Shown: piece by piece, positions 8,408 to 17,451 of the stretch
Layout: every line of letters begins with the position of its first letter
Numbering within the stretch: position 1 is the stretch's first letter
Source of the DNA: Oscillospiraceae bacterium
Lineage (GTDB): Bacteria; Bacillota; Clostridia; Oscillospirales; WRJC01
Direction of reading: 5' to 3'
Assembly (NCBI GenBank): GCA_009783265.1
Contig: WRHM01000009.1
Location: 29,339 to 93,338, forward strand
Length of the DNA stretch: 64,000 bases
Position numbers and translations under genes: made by a program
The notes under the pieces: model-generated
What the model was told of the DNA's origin: nothing
Seen by the model: only the letters and a program-made list of their open reading frames with translations
Database searches by the model: none

Positions 8408-8422
8408 ATAAGCATTTTCTTC
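8408..8422 (+). repeat. Cassette 3' motif ATAAGCATTTTCTTC (copy 1)
   Basis: Exact 15-mer shared with 11978, 60732 and 29530 (rc). A 20-nt stretch is identical to copy 2 (agtataagcattttcttcag). Confidence 0.85.
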
Positions 8423-8464
8423 AGCTCCTATAAAATCAAATTAACCGTAACAAATATATATTTT

Positions 8465-9607
8465 CTACGGCAGCATATTTATCATTTCCAGACATAAGCG
8501 GCCGTTATGATACGGGCATTTCCACGCGCCGCATAAACCGCCTGAATTTTTAACTGCCTCGCCGTTTTCGTTTACGTAAACATACCATTCGCCGTAAGGC
8601 GAGATAAAATAATTTTTGACGTAATTCCATAGATTTTCAGCGAGAATCATAGATTTATTATTGCCGTATAAATTATACTGATGAACGAGAGCGACTATCG
8701 CTTCAGCCATTACCCACCACGAACGCGCTTTATTTTCGATGCCGTCTGTGCAGTCATAATAAACGCCGTTTCTGCCCTCGTCCACAAATCCTTTTGATAT
8801 TACGTTTTGCGCGACTTTTTCAAGTTTCGGCGATAAATTATTTGTTATATAAGCATTGCCCAAAACTTCGCAGGCCCTGTAAATCAGCCATGATATTTCT
8901 ATGTCATGCCCATAAGAGAGCATATCCCCAACCGGGTTCATAAATTTGTCAAAATAGCATTCAAGACGGCATAATTTATCGTTATACGCTTTATCTATAA
9001 CAAGATTAATCGAATATTCCAGCGCGTTTCGCGCTTCTTCTGATTTTACAGCCTGATAATATTCCGTATATGCCTCGATTATGTGCAATAAAGTATTCAT
9101 CGTTCGGGTGTATTTAAAATCGCGCCTGTCGAAGTTATATAATTCAAGATAACCGTATTCGTCTCTGAATTTATTTTCGATTAAATCAAATATTTTATTG
9201 GCGGCATTCAAAGCCGGTTCGTGTTTGCTTATTGAATAATACGCGCTGATCGAATATAACGCAAACGCCAAAGCATAAGTGTGTTTTTGATTATCGTCGA
9301 TTTTGCCGTCGTATTCGACCGACCAGTAGATCCCGCCGTCGGCTGGATCGAGCATATATTTTTTTATAAATTCAAATTGCAGTCTGGCAAAATCAAATAA
9401 TTTTTCATCTTTTAAAATTTTATAGCATGAACTGTAATACCATAGTATTCTTGTCTGTAAAACTGCCGCCTTCGGAGCTTTTTTGCTGATTTTATTATCG
9501 CTGTCAACGCTGCCGTAAAACCCGCCGTATTGAGTATCGTATAAATTATTCCAGAACGGCAGCAAATCATTTGTCAGATGATTTTGAAATTCTGATTTGT
9601 TGAGCAT
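8465..9607 (-). CDS. N-acylglucosamine 2-epimerase (AGE) superfamily protein (cellobiose 2-epimerase / mannose isomerase-like)
   Basis: N-terminal LTNDLLPFWNN...GGFYGS. Alpha/alpha-toroid-like repeat pattern. C-terminal KCPYHNGR motif. Confidence 0.8.
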   Translation of the reverse strand: MLNKSEFQNHLTNDLLPFWNNLYDTQYGGFYGSVDSDNKISKKAPKAAVLQTRILWYYSSCYKILKDEKLFDFARLQFEFIKKYMLDPADGGIYWSVEYDGKIDDNQKHTYALAFALYSISAYYSISKHEPALNAANKIFDLIENKFRDEYGYLELYNFDRRDFKYTRTMNTLLHIIEAYTEYYQAVKSEEARNALEYSINLVIDKAYNDKLCRLECYFDKFMNPVGDMLSYGHDIEISWLIYRACEVLGNAYITNNLSPKLEKVAQNVISKGFVDEGRNGVYYDCTDGIENKARSWWVMAEAIVALVHQYNLYGNNKSMILAENLWNYVKNYFISPYGEWYVYVNENGEAVKNSGGLCGAWKCPYHNGRLCLEMINMLP

Positions 9608-9771
9608 ATTATTATTCTCCTTTTGAATTTTAATTGTTCAGATATATGCAAAAAATATCGCACTCTTATGCAAGACCCTCTTTAAAAAAGAGGGCTTTGG
9701 CAAAAATTTTTAAGTTGCAATTATTATATCATAAATTTTTAGATTAAAACACAAGAAAGGAAAAAATATTT

Positions 9772-11136
9772 ATGTCAAATATAGAAATACCGTCCTCGGT
9801 CAATACTAACTCAAAACCGTCGCAGCTCAAAATCACCGATGTAAGATTCACGGATATTGTCGGCGCGCCTATGCCATGCACATTGATGAAAATTTATACA
9901 AATCAGGGGCTTGTTGGTTTAGGCGAAGTTCGCGACGGAGCTTCGAGAACTTATGCCGAAATTCTCAAAAGCCGCATACTCGGCGAAAATCCGTGCGAGA
10001 TAGATAAAATTTTCAGGAGGATAAAACAATTCGGCGGGCAGGCGCGTCAAGCCGGAGGCGTCTGCGGCGTTGAAATCGCCCTGTGGGATTTAGCGGGCAA
10101 AGCCTACGGAGTGCCTGTATATCAGATGCTCGGCGGTAAATTCAGGGATAAAATCAGGATATACTGCGATACTGACGTTTCGGGTAAACATACCGGAAAA
10201 GACATGGGCGAAGCTCTTAAAAAACGCATGAATATGGGATTTACGTTTTTAAAAATGGACTTGGGAATCGGGATTTTATATCACGAAAAAGGAGCGTTGA
10301 ATGCGCCTCTGGGATTTTTGCAGGAACCGCAGGAAAACTGGGAAAAAAACAAAGGCGACGATCCGTCAATTAAAAGATACGCCCGCAACAGAAATTATGA
10401 TTATTATAATATAGCGCACCCATTCACGGGAATACATATAACAGAACACGGATTTGATATTCTTGAACAGTATGTCTCGGACGTAAGGTCAATTATCGGC
10501 TATGAAATTCCGCTGGCGATAGACCATTTCGGGCATATCTGCGTTGAAGACTGTATAAAACTCTGCCGCCGCATAGAAAAATATAATATAGCGTGGGCTG
10601 AGGATTTGATACCGTGGCAATATACGGACCAGTATGTCCGCCTGAGGAATTCTACGACTGTGCCGATTTGCACGGGGGAAGATATATATTTAAAAGAAAA
10701 TTTCAAGCCGTTGTTTGAAAAAGGCGGCGTTGCTGTGATTCACCCGGATTTGCTGTCAAGCGGCGGGATATTCGAAAACAAAAAAATCGGCGATATGGCG
10801 CAGGATTACGGCGTTGCGATGGCTGTGCACATGGCTGAGTCCCCTGTGACATGTATGGCGGCGGTTCACTCAGTCGCGGCTACCGAAAACTTTTTAGTCC
10901 TCGAAAATCACTCTGTCGACGTTGACTGGTGGGACGATATTGTGATAAAAAGCGAGAATAATAATCAAAAACTCGTGCAAAACGGATATATCGAAGTACC
11001 GGATAAGCCGGGTCTCGGAATCGATGATTATAACGATGAAATTATAAAAGAACATCTGCACCCGAGATTTCCCGAATTATGGGCTTCGACTGATATTTGG
11101 AACGACGAGTGGAGCCATGACAGGCTCTGGAGCTAA
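9772..11136 (+). CDS. Enolase-superfamily (mandelate racemase/muconate lactonizing family) sugar-acid dehydratase-like protein
   Basis: KITDVRF...YTNQGLVGLGE N-terminal capping domain. Barrel motifs AIDHFGH, WAEDLIP, GEDIY. Confidence 0.8.
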   Translation: MSNIEIPSSVNTNSKPSQLKITDVRFTDIVGAPMPCTLMKIYTNQGLVGLGEVRDGASRTYAEILKSRILGENPCEIDKIFRRIKQFGGQARQAGGVCGVEIALWDLAGKAYGVPVYQMLGGKFRDKIRIYCDTDVSGKHTGKDMGEALKKRMNMGFTFLKMDLGIGILYHEKGALNAPLGFLQEPQENWEKNKGDDPSIKRYARNRNYDYYNIAHPFTGIHITEHGFDILEQYVSDVRSIIGYEIPLAIDHFGHICVEDCIKLCRRIEKYNIAWAEDLIPWQYTDQYVRLRNSTTVPICTGEDIYLKENFKPLFEKGGVAVIHPDLLSSGGIFENKKIGDMAQDYGVAMAVHMAESPVTCMAAVHSVAATENFLVLENHSVDVDWWDDIVIKSENNNQKLVQNGYIEVPDKPGLGIDDYNDEIIKEHLHPRFPELWASTDIWNDEWSHDRLWS

Positions 11137-11153
11137 AAGTGATTTCATTAACG

Positions 11154-11167
11154 TAGGAAATTTATAT
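11154..11167 (+). repeat. Cassette 5' motif TAGGAAATTTATAT (copy upstream of GNAT-1)
   Basis: Exact 14-mer also found at 59353-59366 and 30046-30059 (rc). Confidence 0.85.
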
Positions 11168-11190
11168 TATGAACAGGAGAGAAAATTTAA

Positions 11191-11967
11191 ATGGATATTA
11201 ATAAAATACGCAGACAAATTATAAAAGAAGAAATGGAATTTCCTAAATCGTTCACGTTTTATGAGGAACGCGATTACGGTATATTGTATCATAATATTGA
11301 AAATCCAAATTCGGGCGACAGTAACCATTCTGTGATATATCCCGAAAGAATAACGGATTTGCGTTATGTGCTGAATGATATAGCAAATTTTTATGAAAGC
11401 AAAGGTAGCTCTTATTTATGTATTTATCACCCTTTTGTTGCGGATTATTTCATTGACAATGCGAAAATATTGAAGGAGTGCGGTTATGAATTTACTATCA
11501 GTCCCGATACTCCCGTTATGCTATTGACAGAAAAAAATAAAATAGACCTCCCAAAACGTCTTGATATACGTCATATCGCAAATTGGGATGAAAGCATCAA
11601 TAATGACGTATTAACGTGTGTAGCCAATAAAGAACATTTTACAACCGTAATAAAAAACAGCATGGGTGAGAACAACTATTTATTCATTGGTTATATTGAA
11701 AATGAAGCCGCCTCTTTGTTAGCCTTTCATGTATCAAAACATGGCGTTACAAGATTTGATGAAATGGGAACGGCTGAAAAACATAAAAATAAAGGTTATG
11801 CCCGTGAAATGAACAGATATGCGGCGGATTTTGTGCGTAACCATAATTTGCCGATAGCGTATCAATGGCCCGCCCATAAGACGTCCGAACGGATTACTAC
11901 TGAAGCGGGATTCAAGATAGCTTTCACTATACCGTCAGGTTCTGCAACGCTTGCCGAATATAGATAA
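11191..11967 (+). CDS. GNAT-family N-acetyltransferase (cassette gene G1)
   Basis: C-terminal acetyl-CoA motif region (FDEMGTAEKHKNKGYAREMNRYAADF). Own RBS cAGGAGag. Confidence 0.65.
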   Translation: MDINKIRRQIIKEEMEFPKSFTFYEERDYGILYHNIENPNSGDSNHSVIYPERITDLRYVLNDIANFYESKGSSYLCIYHPFVADYFIDNAKILKECGYEFTISPDTPVMLLTEKNKIDLPKRLDIRHIANWDESINNDVLTCVANKEHFTTVIKNSMGENNYLFIGYIENEAASLLAFHVSKHGVTRFDEMGTAEKHKNKGYAREMNRYAADFVRNHNLPIAYQWPAHKTSERITTEAGFKIAFTIPSGSATLAEYR

Positions 11968-11977
11968 ACCACGCAGT

Positions 11978-11992
11978 ATAAGCATTTTCTTC
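11978..11992 (+). repeat. Cassette 3' motif ATAAGCATTTTCTTC (copy 2)
   Basis: Exact 15-mer, 10 nt after the GNAT-1 stop codon. Confidence 0.85.
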
Positions 11993-12042
11993 AGTTCATT
12001 GTATTTTAACGCCACTGGCGCGCCGTGAAAGGAATTAATGGT

Positions 12043-12744
12043 ATGCCCGAAAAATTTGTATATTTTAATAATACTCCGGATATTGTTTCGTCAAATGTTG
12101 CGGAGCATATAAAAACTATTGGTTATACGCCTGTTTTTAGTGATAATAATATTGATTTAACGTCGGCAGAATGCGTAAATAATTTTCTTGAGCCGTATAA
12201 AGATAATCTTGTCGGGGCGGTATTGTCAAACCCTCCCGTGGCTGGGATGCGCGGCGGGATAGAAGATACAACCGATGAAATGTGGAATAACGCACGAGAT
12301 ATTTTTGTTGTGCCTATGTTAAATATAACGCAGGCCGTCGGGAAGATATTTATGGAAAATAAAAAAGGCAGTATTATATATTTAAATTCGGTTCACGCCG
12401 AAAAACCAATCGGCAACGGATTTTTATATACTACAGCCTGCGCCGCAGTGCAGGCGTTGTGCCGTGAAGCCGCTTTGATATACGGAAGATATAATATCGG
12501 CTGTTATAATATTATGAGAGGGATTGTCGAAGGCGAAGAAAAATATTTTACAAGCGATTATTCCCCGATACATCATAACAGCGAAATCAGATTCCCGAAA
12601 GAAAAATTGCCGGAAGCAAACAGTTTAAACGAATTATGCGCTTTTTTACTCGGCGGCGGAGCGTATATATTAAACGGGTCGGATTTGCGCGCCGACGAGG
12701 GATTCACGCTGTTTTACGGCAAATCGGGATATTATAAAAATTAA
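12043..12744 (+). CDS. SDR-like protein with degenerate cofactor and catalytic motifs
   Basis: Aligns to the SDR core (NSV...YTTACAAVQALCRE...YNIGCYNIMRG), but TGxxxGIG is absent (FNNTPDIVS) and YxxxK reads YTTAC. ATG at 12043 has an AAAGGA RBS. The track's GTG at 12025 is less likely. Confidence 0.6.
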   Translation: MPEKFVYFNNTPDIVSSNVAEHIKTIGYTPVFSDNNIDLTSAECVNNFLEPYKDNLVGAVLSNPPVAGMRGGIEDTTDEMWNNARDIFVVPMLNITQAVGKIFMENKKGSIIYLNSVHAEKPIGNGFLYTTACAAVQALCREAALIYGRYNIGCYNIMRGIVEGEEKYFTSDYSPIHHNSEIRFPKEKLPEANSLNELCAFLLGGGAYILNGSDLRADEGFTLFYGKSGYYKN

Positions 12745-12779
12745 TTTAAAAATACATAAGTCAGGGATATTTTATAAAT

Positions 12780-13559
12780 ATGGATTTAAAAGATAACAAC
12801 AAAGTTGCGATAGTTACCGGAGGCAACAAAGGCGTAGGCAGGGGAATTGTTTACAGTCTTGTAAAGGCCGGGATAAAAGTATGTATCTGTTATAACAGTT
12901 CTGAGGATTTCGCGCTTGAAACTCTCAAAAAAGCAAACGAAATATTTGATAATCACGCGTTTTTGTATAAATGCGATGTTTCTGCCCGGGATAACGTAAA
13001 AGCTATGGCTGAAGAAACTTTCAGGCGTTTCGGCAAAATAGATATACTCGTCAACAATGCCGCGTTGCAGCCAAACCTGCCTGTCGGATTTTATGATACA
13101 GAAATGTTTAAGAAAATATGGGACGTAAATATCGGGGGGTATTTTTTATGCTTGCAGGAATGCCTGCCGTATTTAAAGCAATCTGATTGTGCGAGGGTAA
13201 TAAATATTACGTCGATTCACGCAAAACGCCCTTCTGTATTTGACGCGGGATATTCGATGACGAAAAACGCGATCAAAATGTTTACGAGGGAAGCCGCAAT
13301 CGAGCTTGCGAAATATAAAATTACTGTAAATTATATAATATTAGGCGCGTGCCATATAGAAAGAAAAACAAATTTGCCAAATTCCGGCATGTTTAATCTT
13401 CGTATGCCGGAGAAAGCAAGAACGAAAACATCGTTTCCATTGGGACGTATAGCCGTGCCGAAAGACGTCGGCGATTTAATAGTATATCTGTCAGGCAAAG
13501 AAAGCGAGATAATCACGGGAACAGGCATAAGAATAGACGGCGGAAGCGTGTTATTGTGA
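12780..13559 (+). CDS. Short-chain dehydrogenase/reductase (classical SDR)
   Basis: VAIVTGGNKGVGRGI, NNAA and S...YSMTKNAIKMFTRE motifs are intact. Confidence 0.9.
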   Translation: MDLKDNNKVAIVTGGNKGVGRGIVYSLVKAGIKVCICYNSSEDFALETLKKANEIFDNHAFLYKCDVSARDNVKAMAEETFRRFGKIDILVNNAALQPNLPVGFYDTEMFKKIWDVNIGGYFLCLQECLPYLKQSDCARVINITSIHAKRPSVFDAGYSMTKNAIKMFTREAAIELAKYKITVNYIILGACHIERKTNLPNSGMFNLRMPEKARTKTSFPLGRIAVPKDVGDLIVYLSGKESEIITGTGIRIDGGSVLL

Positions 13560-13606
13560 TATAATATAATAAATTTAATAAAATTAAAAAGAAAGGAATA
13601 AAATTT

Positions 13607-14506
13607 ATGAAATTTAACTGTAAAGAAGATATTATTCAGCTTACGGGAGAATGGCAGGGCGAACGCTTTGAGGACGGCAGGCCCAAAGTATCTGACGATA
13701 TACTGCGAAGAATAAGAAATATCACTTTTGAGGAGGCATGGGGGCCTCTTTGGGGCAAAGGCTATAAATATCAGTGGGAATGCTCGTTTAAAATGACCCA
13801 CCCGACAAGAAAACTCGTGGGCAGGGCTGTAACTTCGGTTATGGTCCCGATGCGCCCGGATCTGCATAATTATCTGTTAAAATACGGGCATGAAGAAGAA
13901 AATCGCAAAGGATTTTTTAATCAGTGGGTAATAGATAATTTAGTCGAAAACGACGTGGTTGTCGTAGATTTATTCGAAAAAATATATCAGGGAACTTATG
14001 TCGGCGGCAATTTATCGACAGCTATCGCGACGCGCACCAAAAACGGCGGGAGCGTTATCTGGGGCGGGATACGCGACCTTGAACAGGTCGTAAATATAGA
14101 TAATATCCAGACATTTTATAAAGGCGTTGACCCGACCGGTATAGGCGACGTTACTATGACTGGATATAACGTGCCGTGCAGGATAGGCGGCGCTATCTGT
14201 ATGCCCGGGGACGTAGTGCTCGGCACGATTTCAGGGGTTATATTTATTCCGCCCCAGCATGCCGAAGAAGTTGCAACAAACGCTGAAAAAAGCCATATCA
14301 GGGATATTTTCGGGTTTATCCGGCTCAATGAAAAAATATATACGACAGCTCAGATCGACACCGCATGGACAAAAGAAATGATGGACGATTTTATTAACTG
14401 GTTTAAAACAGACCCGCAGGCGAAAGAATACAGTCACTTAACTTGGGACAAAGAAATCGAGAACGCCGCCAAAACATCTGAAAATAATTCGCAGGTAAGG
14501 CTATAA
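13607..14506 (+). CDS. RraA-family protein (RraA / 4-hydroxy-4-methyl-2-oxoglutarate aldolase-like), extended form
   Basis: DVVVVD...GGNLSTAIATRTKNGGSVIWGGIRD core typical of the RraA/HMG aldolase fold. Confidence 0.7.
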   Translation: MKFNCKEDIIQLTGEWQGERFEDGRPKVSDDILRRIRNITFEEAWGPLWGKGYKYQWECSFKMTHPTRKLVGRAVTSVMVPMRPDLHNYLLKYGHEEENRKGFFNQWVIDNLVENDVVVVDLFEKIYQGTYVGGNLSTAIATRTKNGGSVIWGGIRDLEQVVNIDNIQTFYKGVDPTGIGDVTMTGYNVPCRIGGAICMPGDVVLGTISGVIFIPPQHAEEVATNAEKSHIRDIFGFIRLNEKIYTTAQIDTAWTKEMMDDFINWFKTDPQAKEYSHLTWDKEIENAAKTSENNSQVRL

Positions 14507-14516
14507 AATAAAAAAT

Positions 14517-14557
14517 AAAGGCGGGGTAACCCCCCCACCCCCCGCCTTTATTTTTTT
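14517..14557. terminator. Bidirectional GC-rich terminator
   Basis: aaaggcgggg...ccccgccttt stem with flanking A and T runs, between convergent genes. Confidence 0.75.
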
Positions 14558-14828
14558 ATCTCCACGAACCGCTATGCGTTATTACCCTGAATAAAATAAT
14601 CAGGATAATCAAAATAATAAGCACTATGACCGCTCTCACAAGAACTTTGTGGAATGAAATTTTTTTCTTTCCGGTAACAGGGTCCGTAACAAATTCGTCC
14701 CCGTGGGATTCAATTCCAAAGATTCCCGATCTTTTGTATCTCCTGTCCCTTTGGTCGCCTTCGACATGCACGTAAATATTAAGAAAATCTTTGATAATAT
14801 TTTTTATGAATTTAGGCATAGTCTTCAC
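14556..14828 (-). CDS. Hypothetical small protein with C-terminal TM anchor
   Basis: 90-aa ORF with hydrophobic tail AVIVLIILIILIILF. Follows 14852-15664 after a 23-nt gap, with GGGGAGGG upstream. Confidence 0.5.
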   Translation of the reverse strand: MKTMPKFIKNIIKDFLNIYVHVEGDQRDRRYKRSGIFGIESHGDEFVTDPVTGKKKISFHKVLVRAVIVLIILIILIILFRVITHSGSWR

Positions 14829-14851
14829 CCTCCCCGTATTATTATAAAATT

Positions 14852-15664
14852 TCAGATATTTTCGTCCATTTCATATTCGTCGAGTTTGCGTATATGTTCT
14901 TTTATAAAAATCTGCTTGCCTCTCTTATACGCAAAACAGGAGACCGCCGTCTGTGCCGCAAATGTCAAAAGAATTGTGACGGCAACTAGTATAATATTAA
15001 AATCTTTGTTTATTTCTTTTGGCACGCCGAACTCCATAATATATTTGTCAACGTTCGGGCTTAAAACTGTCTGGACGTTTACAATAAACGTATCTAACGC
15101 GGCAGTATAGAACATGCTGTCATAAACGGCGTTGGGAATCATAAATATCAACGAAGCAATAACTGTCAGAAATTTAAAATTAAAATTATATATTTTCTTT
15201 TCGCAATCAATAAATCCGTAACGCACATACATTTTGTAAATAAACGAAAGATATATAATAAACATAGGCAGTTTTAATAAAAATCCCCTGAGAAATAAAC
15301 TGTCTGTATTATTGTTCAGCATCCCTGTAAAAATCGCGCTTGCGAACGTGCCTATAAAAGAAACGCCCATACTCATGAGAAAAGTCATCAGGACTGCAAA
15401 ACCCATGCGTTTGAGATAATAAAACGTATCTCTCGGAGGATTAAAAGCGTCGGGGTTTTTGATCTTGTTTGCCTTTGCGTATCGGATACAGACCAAAAAT
15501 ACGCACATTAAAGCCATAATAAACGAAGCCGTAAGCACTAATGGAAAAAAAGACATTCCTCCGACAGTATTAAATACTATAATACAAAATAAAAACGATA
15601 TAATAAATAAAATCCCCGCAGTGATAAAAGAACCGTTAAAACTGATATTATTTTTGTTGTTCAT
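14852..15664 (-). CDS. Hypothetical polytopic membrane protein (about 6 TM)
   Basis: 270-aa ORF with AAGGAGGG RBS and multiple hydrophobic segments. No recognisable family motif. Confidence 0.6.
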   Translation of the reverse strand: MNNKNNISFNGSFITAGILFIISFLFCIIVFNTVGGMSFFPLVLTASFIMALMCVFLVCIRYAKANKIKNPDAFNPPRDTFYYLKRMGFAVLMTFLMSMGVSFIGTFASAIFTGMLNNNTDSLFLRGFLLKLPMFIIYLSFIYKMYVRYGFIDCEKKIYNFNFKFLTVIASLIFMIPNAVYDSMFYTAALDTFIVNVQTVLSPNVDKYIMEFGVPKEINKDFNIILVAVTILLTFAAQTAVSCFAYKRGKQIFIKEHIRKLDEYEMDENI

Positions 15665-15712
15665 GACTAACCCTCCTTTGTTAAATAAATTAATAAATAA
15701 ATTTGAATTTCT

Positions 15713-15774
15713 AAATGTAAATTACATTTACATTTATTATTTATTATAATATCACAAACGGAAACGAATGTCAA
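15713..15774 (-). promoter_or_regulatory. Promoter (TTGACA-17-TATTAT) with an operator-like palindrome just downstream of the -10
   Basis: Minus strand reads ttgaca-17-tattat, then AAATGTAAATGTAATTTACATTT (8-bp arms AATGTAAA/TTTACATT) covering roughly +4 to +26. Confidence 0.55.
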
Positions 15775-15924
15775 TAGTTTTTCCCGAAGAAAATATATTT
15801 TTGCCAAAAATCGCCGAATATTTATAAAGTGCCAAACGCAACAATAAAATATTGGTAAATAAATATATAGATGGGGACTAAATATCAAAAAAGAGGGAGT
15901 TCACCCTCTTTTTGTTTTTATTTT

Positions 15925-17289
15925 TTATTTTTTCGCCTCATATTCGTCAACTAATTTAACAAGTTCGTCGTCGCTTATAACGGTGGTGCGTCCGTTTTTG
16001 TATTCTTCGTCGACCCATTCTTTTATATACACGCATATCCCGTCGCGCTTGTCTATTTTACTTTCTCCGGTTAAATTATAATATCCGTTCAGCCAATAAG
16101 CAATACCTGCAAGCCCTGACATATCGCTTACAGTAACGCTCGCGGGCCTTTTTAAAATTGTCTCGGTGTCAAAAATATTATATATCTCTTCGTCTTTTAA
16201 AAGCCCGTCTGCATGTATCCCGGCCCTTGTCACATTGAAATTTTTTCCGATAAACGGGGTTTGCTGGGGTATTTTGTAATTTAGCTCTTTTGAATAATAT
16301 TCTGCTATTTCAGTTATGACCGAGGCGTTCATGCCGTCTAAAGTCCCTCTCAGCGACGCGTATTCTATAACCATTGCCTCAAGCGGCACGTTTCCCGTCC
16401 TCTCGCCGATTCCAAGCAGTGAACAGTTGACCCCCGAACAACCGAACAGCCATGCGGTCGCCGCGTTTACAACGCCTTTGTAAAAATCATTGTGGCCGTG
16501 CCATTCTATAAGTGAACTCGGCACTCCGCAGTATTTTTTCAGTCCGTAAATTATTCCGGGAATACTTCTGGGCAGAGACGCGCCTGTATATCCAACGCCG
16601 TAACCCATAGTGTCGCATGCGCGTATTTTTATCGGGATTTTGGCCTCTTTTGACAGTTTCATAAGCTCGGTCACAAACGGCAGTACAAACCCATAAATAT
16701 CCGCTCTTGTCACGTCCTCAAGATGACACCTCGGCTTCAGCCCCATCTCAAGAGCCTGCTTAACTATAGAAATATACTGGTCTATAGCTTGTTTCCTGTT
16801 TATTTTGAGTTTATTGAATATATGATAATCAGAGCATGACGTCAATATACCGGTTTCCTGTATCCCTATGTCTTTCACAAGTTTAAAATCATTTTGCGTC
16901 GCCCTTATCCATGTCGTTATCTCCGGGAATTTATATCCTCTATCCTGACAAAACTCCAAGCCTTTTCTGTCTTTATCTGAGTATATAAAAAACTCTGTCT
17001 GTTTTATAATCCCGTTGTCTCCCCCAAGCCTGTGGAGCATATCAAATATATCGAGAATCTGATCTGGAGTGTAAGGCTCCCTTGATTGCTGTCCATCTCT
17101 GAAAGTAGTGTCGGTTATCCATATTTCGTCGGGCATGTCCATTGGCACGCGCCTGTGATTAAACGAAACTTTAGGGATTTCAATGTACGGGAAAAGATCT
17201 CTGTATAAATTCGGCTCCTCTACATTTTGCAGAGTATAGTTATATATCTCCTGTTCCAGTAAATTACTTTTTTTGTTGATTTCTGGCAT
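15925..17289 (-). CDS. 2-isopropylmalate synthase/homocitrate synthase family protein (HMGL-like; Re-citrate-synthase-type architecture)
   Basis: ITDTTFRDGQQS motif and HGHNDF metal site. Start chosen at MPEINKK (AAAGGGG RBS). The track's upstream ATG at 17349 lacks an RBS. Confidence 0.8.
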   Translation of the reverse strand: MPEINKKSNLLEQEIYNYTLQNVEEPNLYRDLFPYIEIPKVSFNHRRVPMDMPDEIWITDTTFRDGQQSREPYTPDQILDIFDMLHRLGGDNGIIKQTEFFIYSDKDRKGLEFCQDRGYKFPEITTWIRATQNDFKLVKDIGIQETGILTSCSDYHIFNKLKINRKQAIDQYISIVKQALEMGLKPRCHLEDVTRADIYGFVLPFVTELMKLSKEAKIPIKIRACDTMGYGVGYTGASLPRSIPGIIYGLKKYCGVPSSLIEWHGHNDFYKGVVNAATAWLFGCSGVNCSLLGIGERTGNVPLEAMVIEYASLRGTLDGMNASVITEIAEYYSKELNYKIPQQTPFIGKNFNVTRAGIHADGLLKDEEIYNIFDTETILKRPASVTVSDMSGLAGIAYWLNGYYNLTGESKIDKRDGICVYIKEWVDEEYKNGRTTVISDDELVKLVDEYEAKK

Positions 17290-17451
17290 AATAACGCCCC
17301 TTTCTCGCCGCGTTGAATAATTATTGAATATTAATAAGTAAATTTTCATAATTATACACTGTTGATTTTAAAAAGTCAAATAATTTTTTCTTATATCAGC
17401 TATATTTATTTCTTATATCAGATTTTATCATACATCACACTTTTTTATTTA

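Noticed and set aside
9665-9700. The hairpin gaccctcttt-aaaa-aagagggc lies in the divergent promoter region between the AGE and dehydratase genes, and might be an sRNA or attenuator.
   Set aside because: It is a single short hairpin with no identifiable promoter or conserved flanks, so the evidence is insufficient. It may be a relic terminator.
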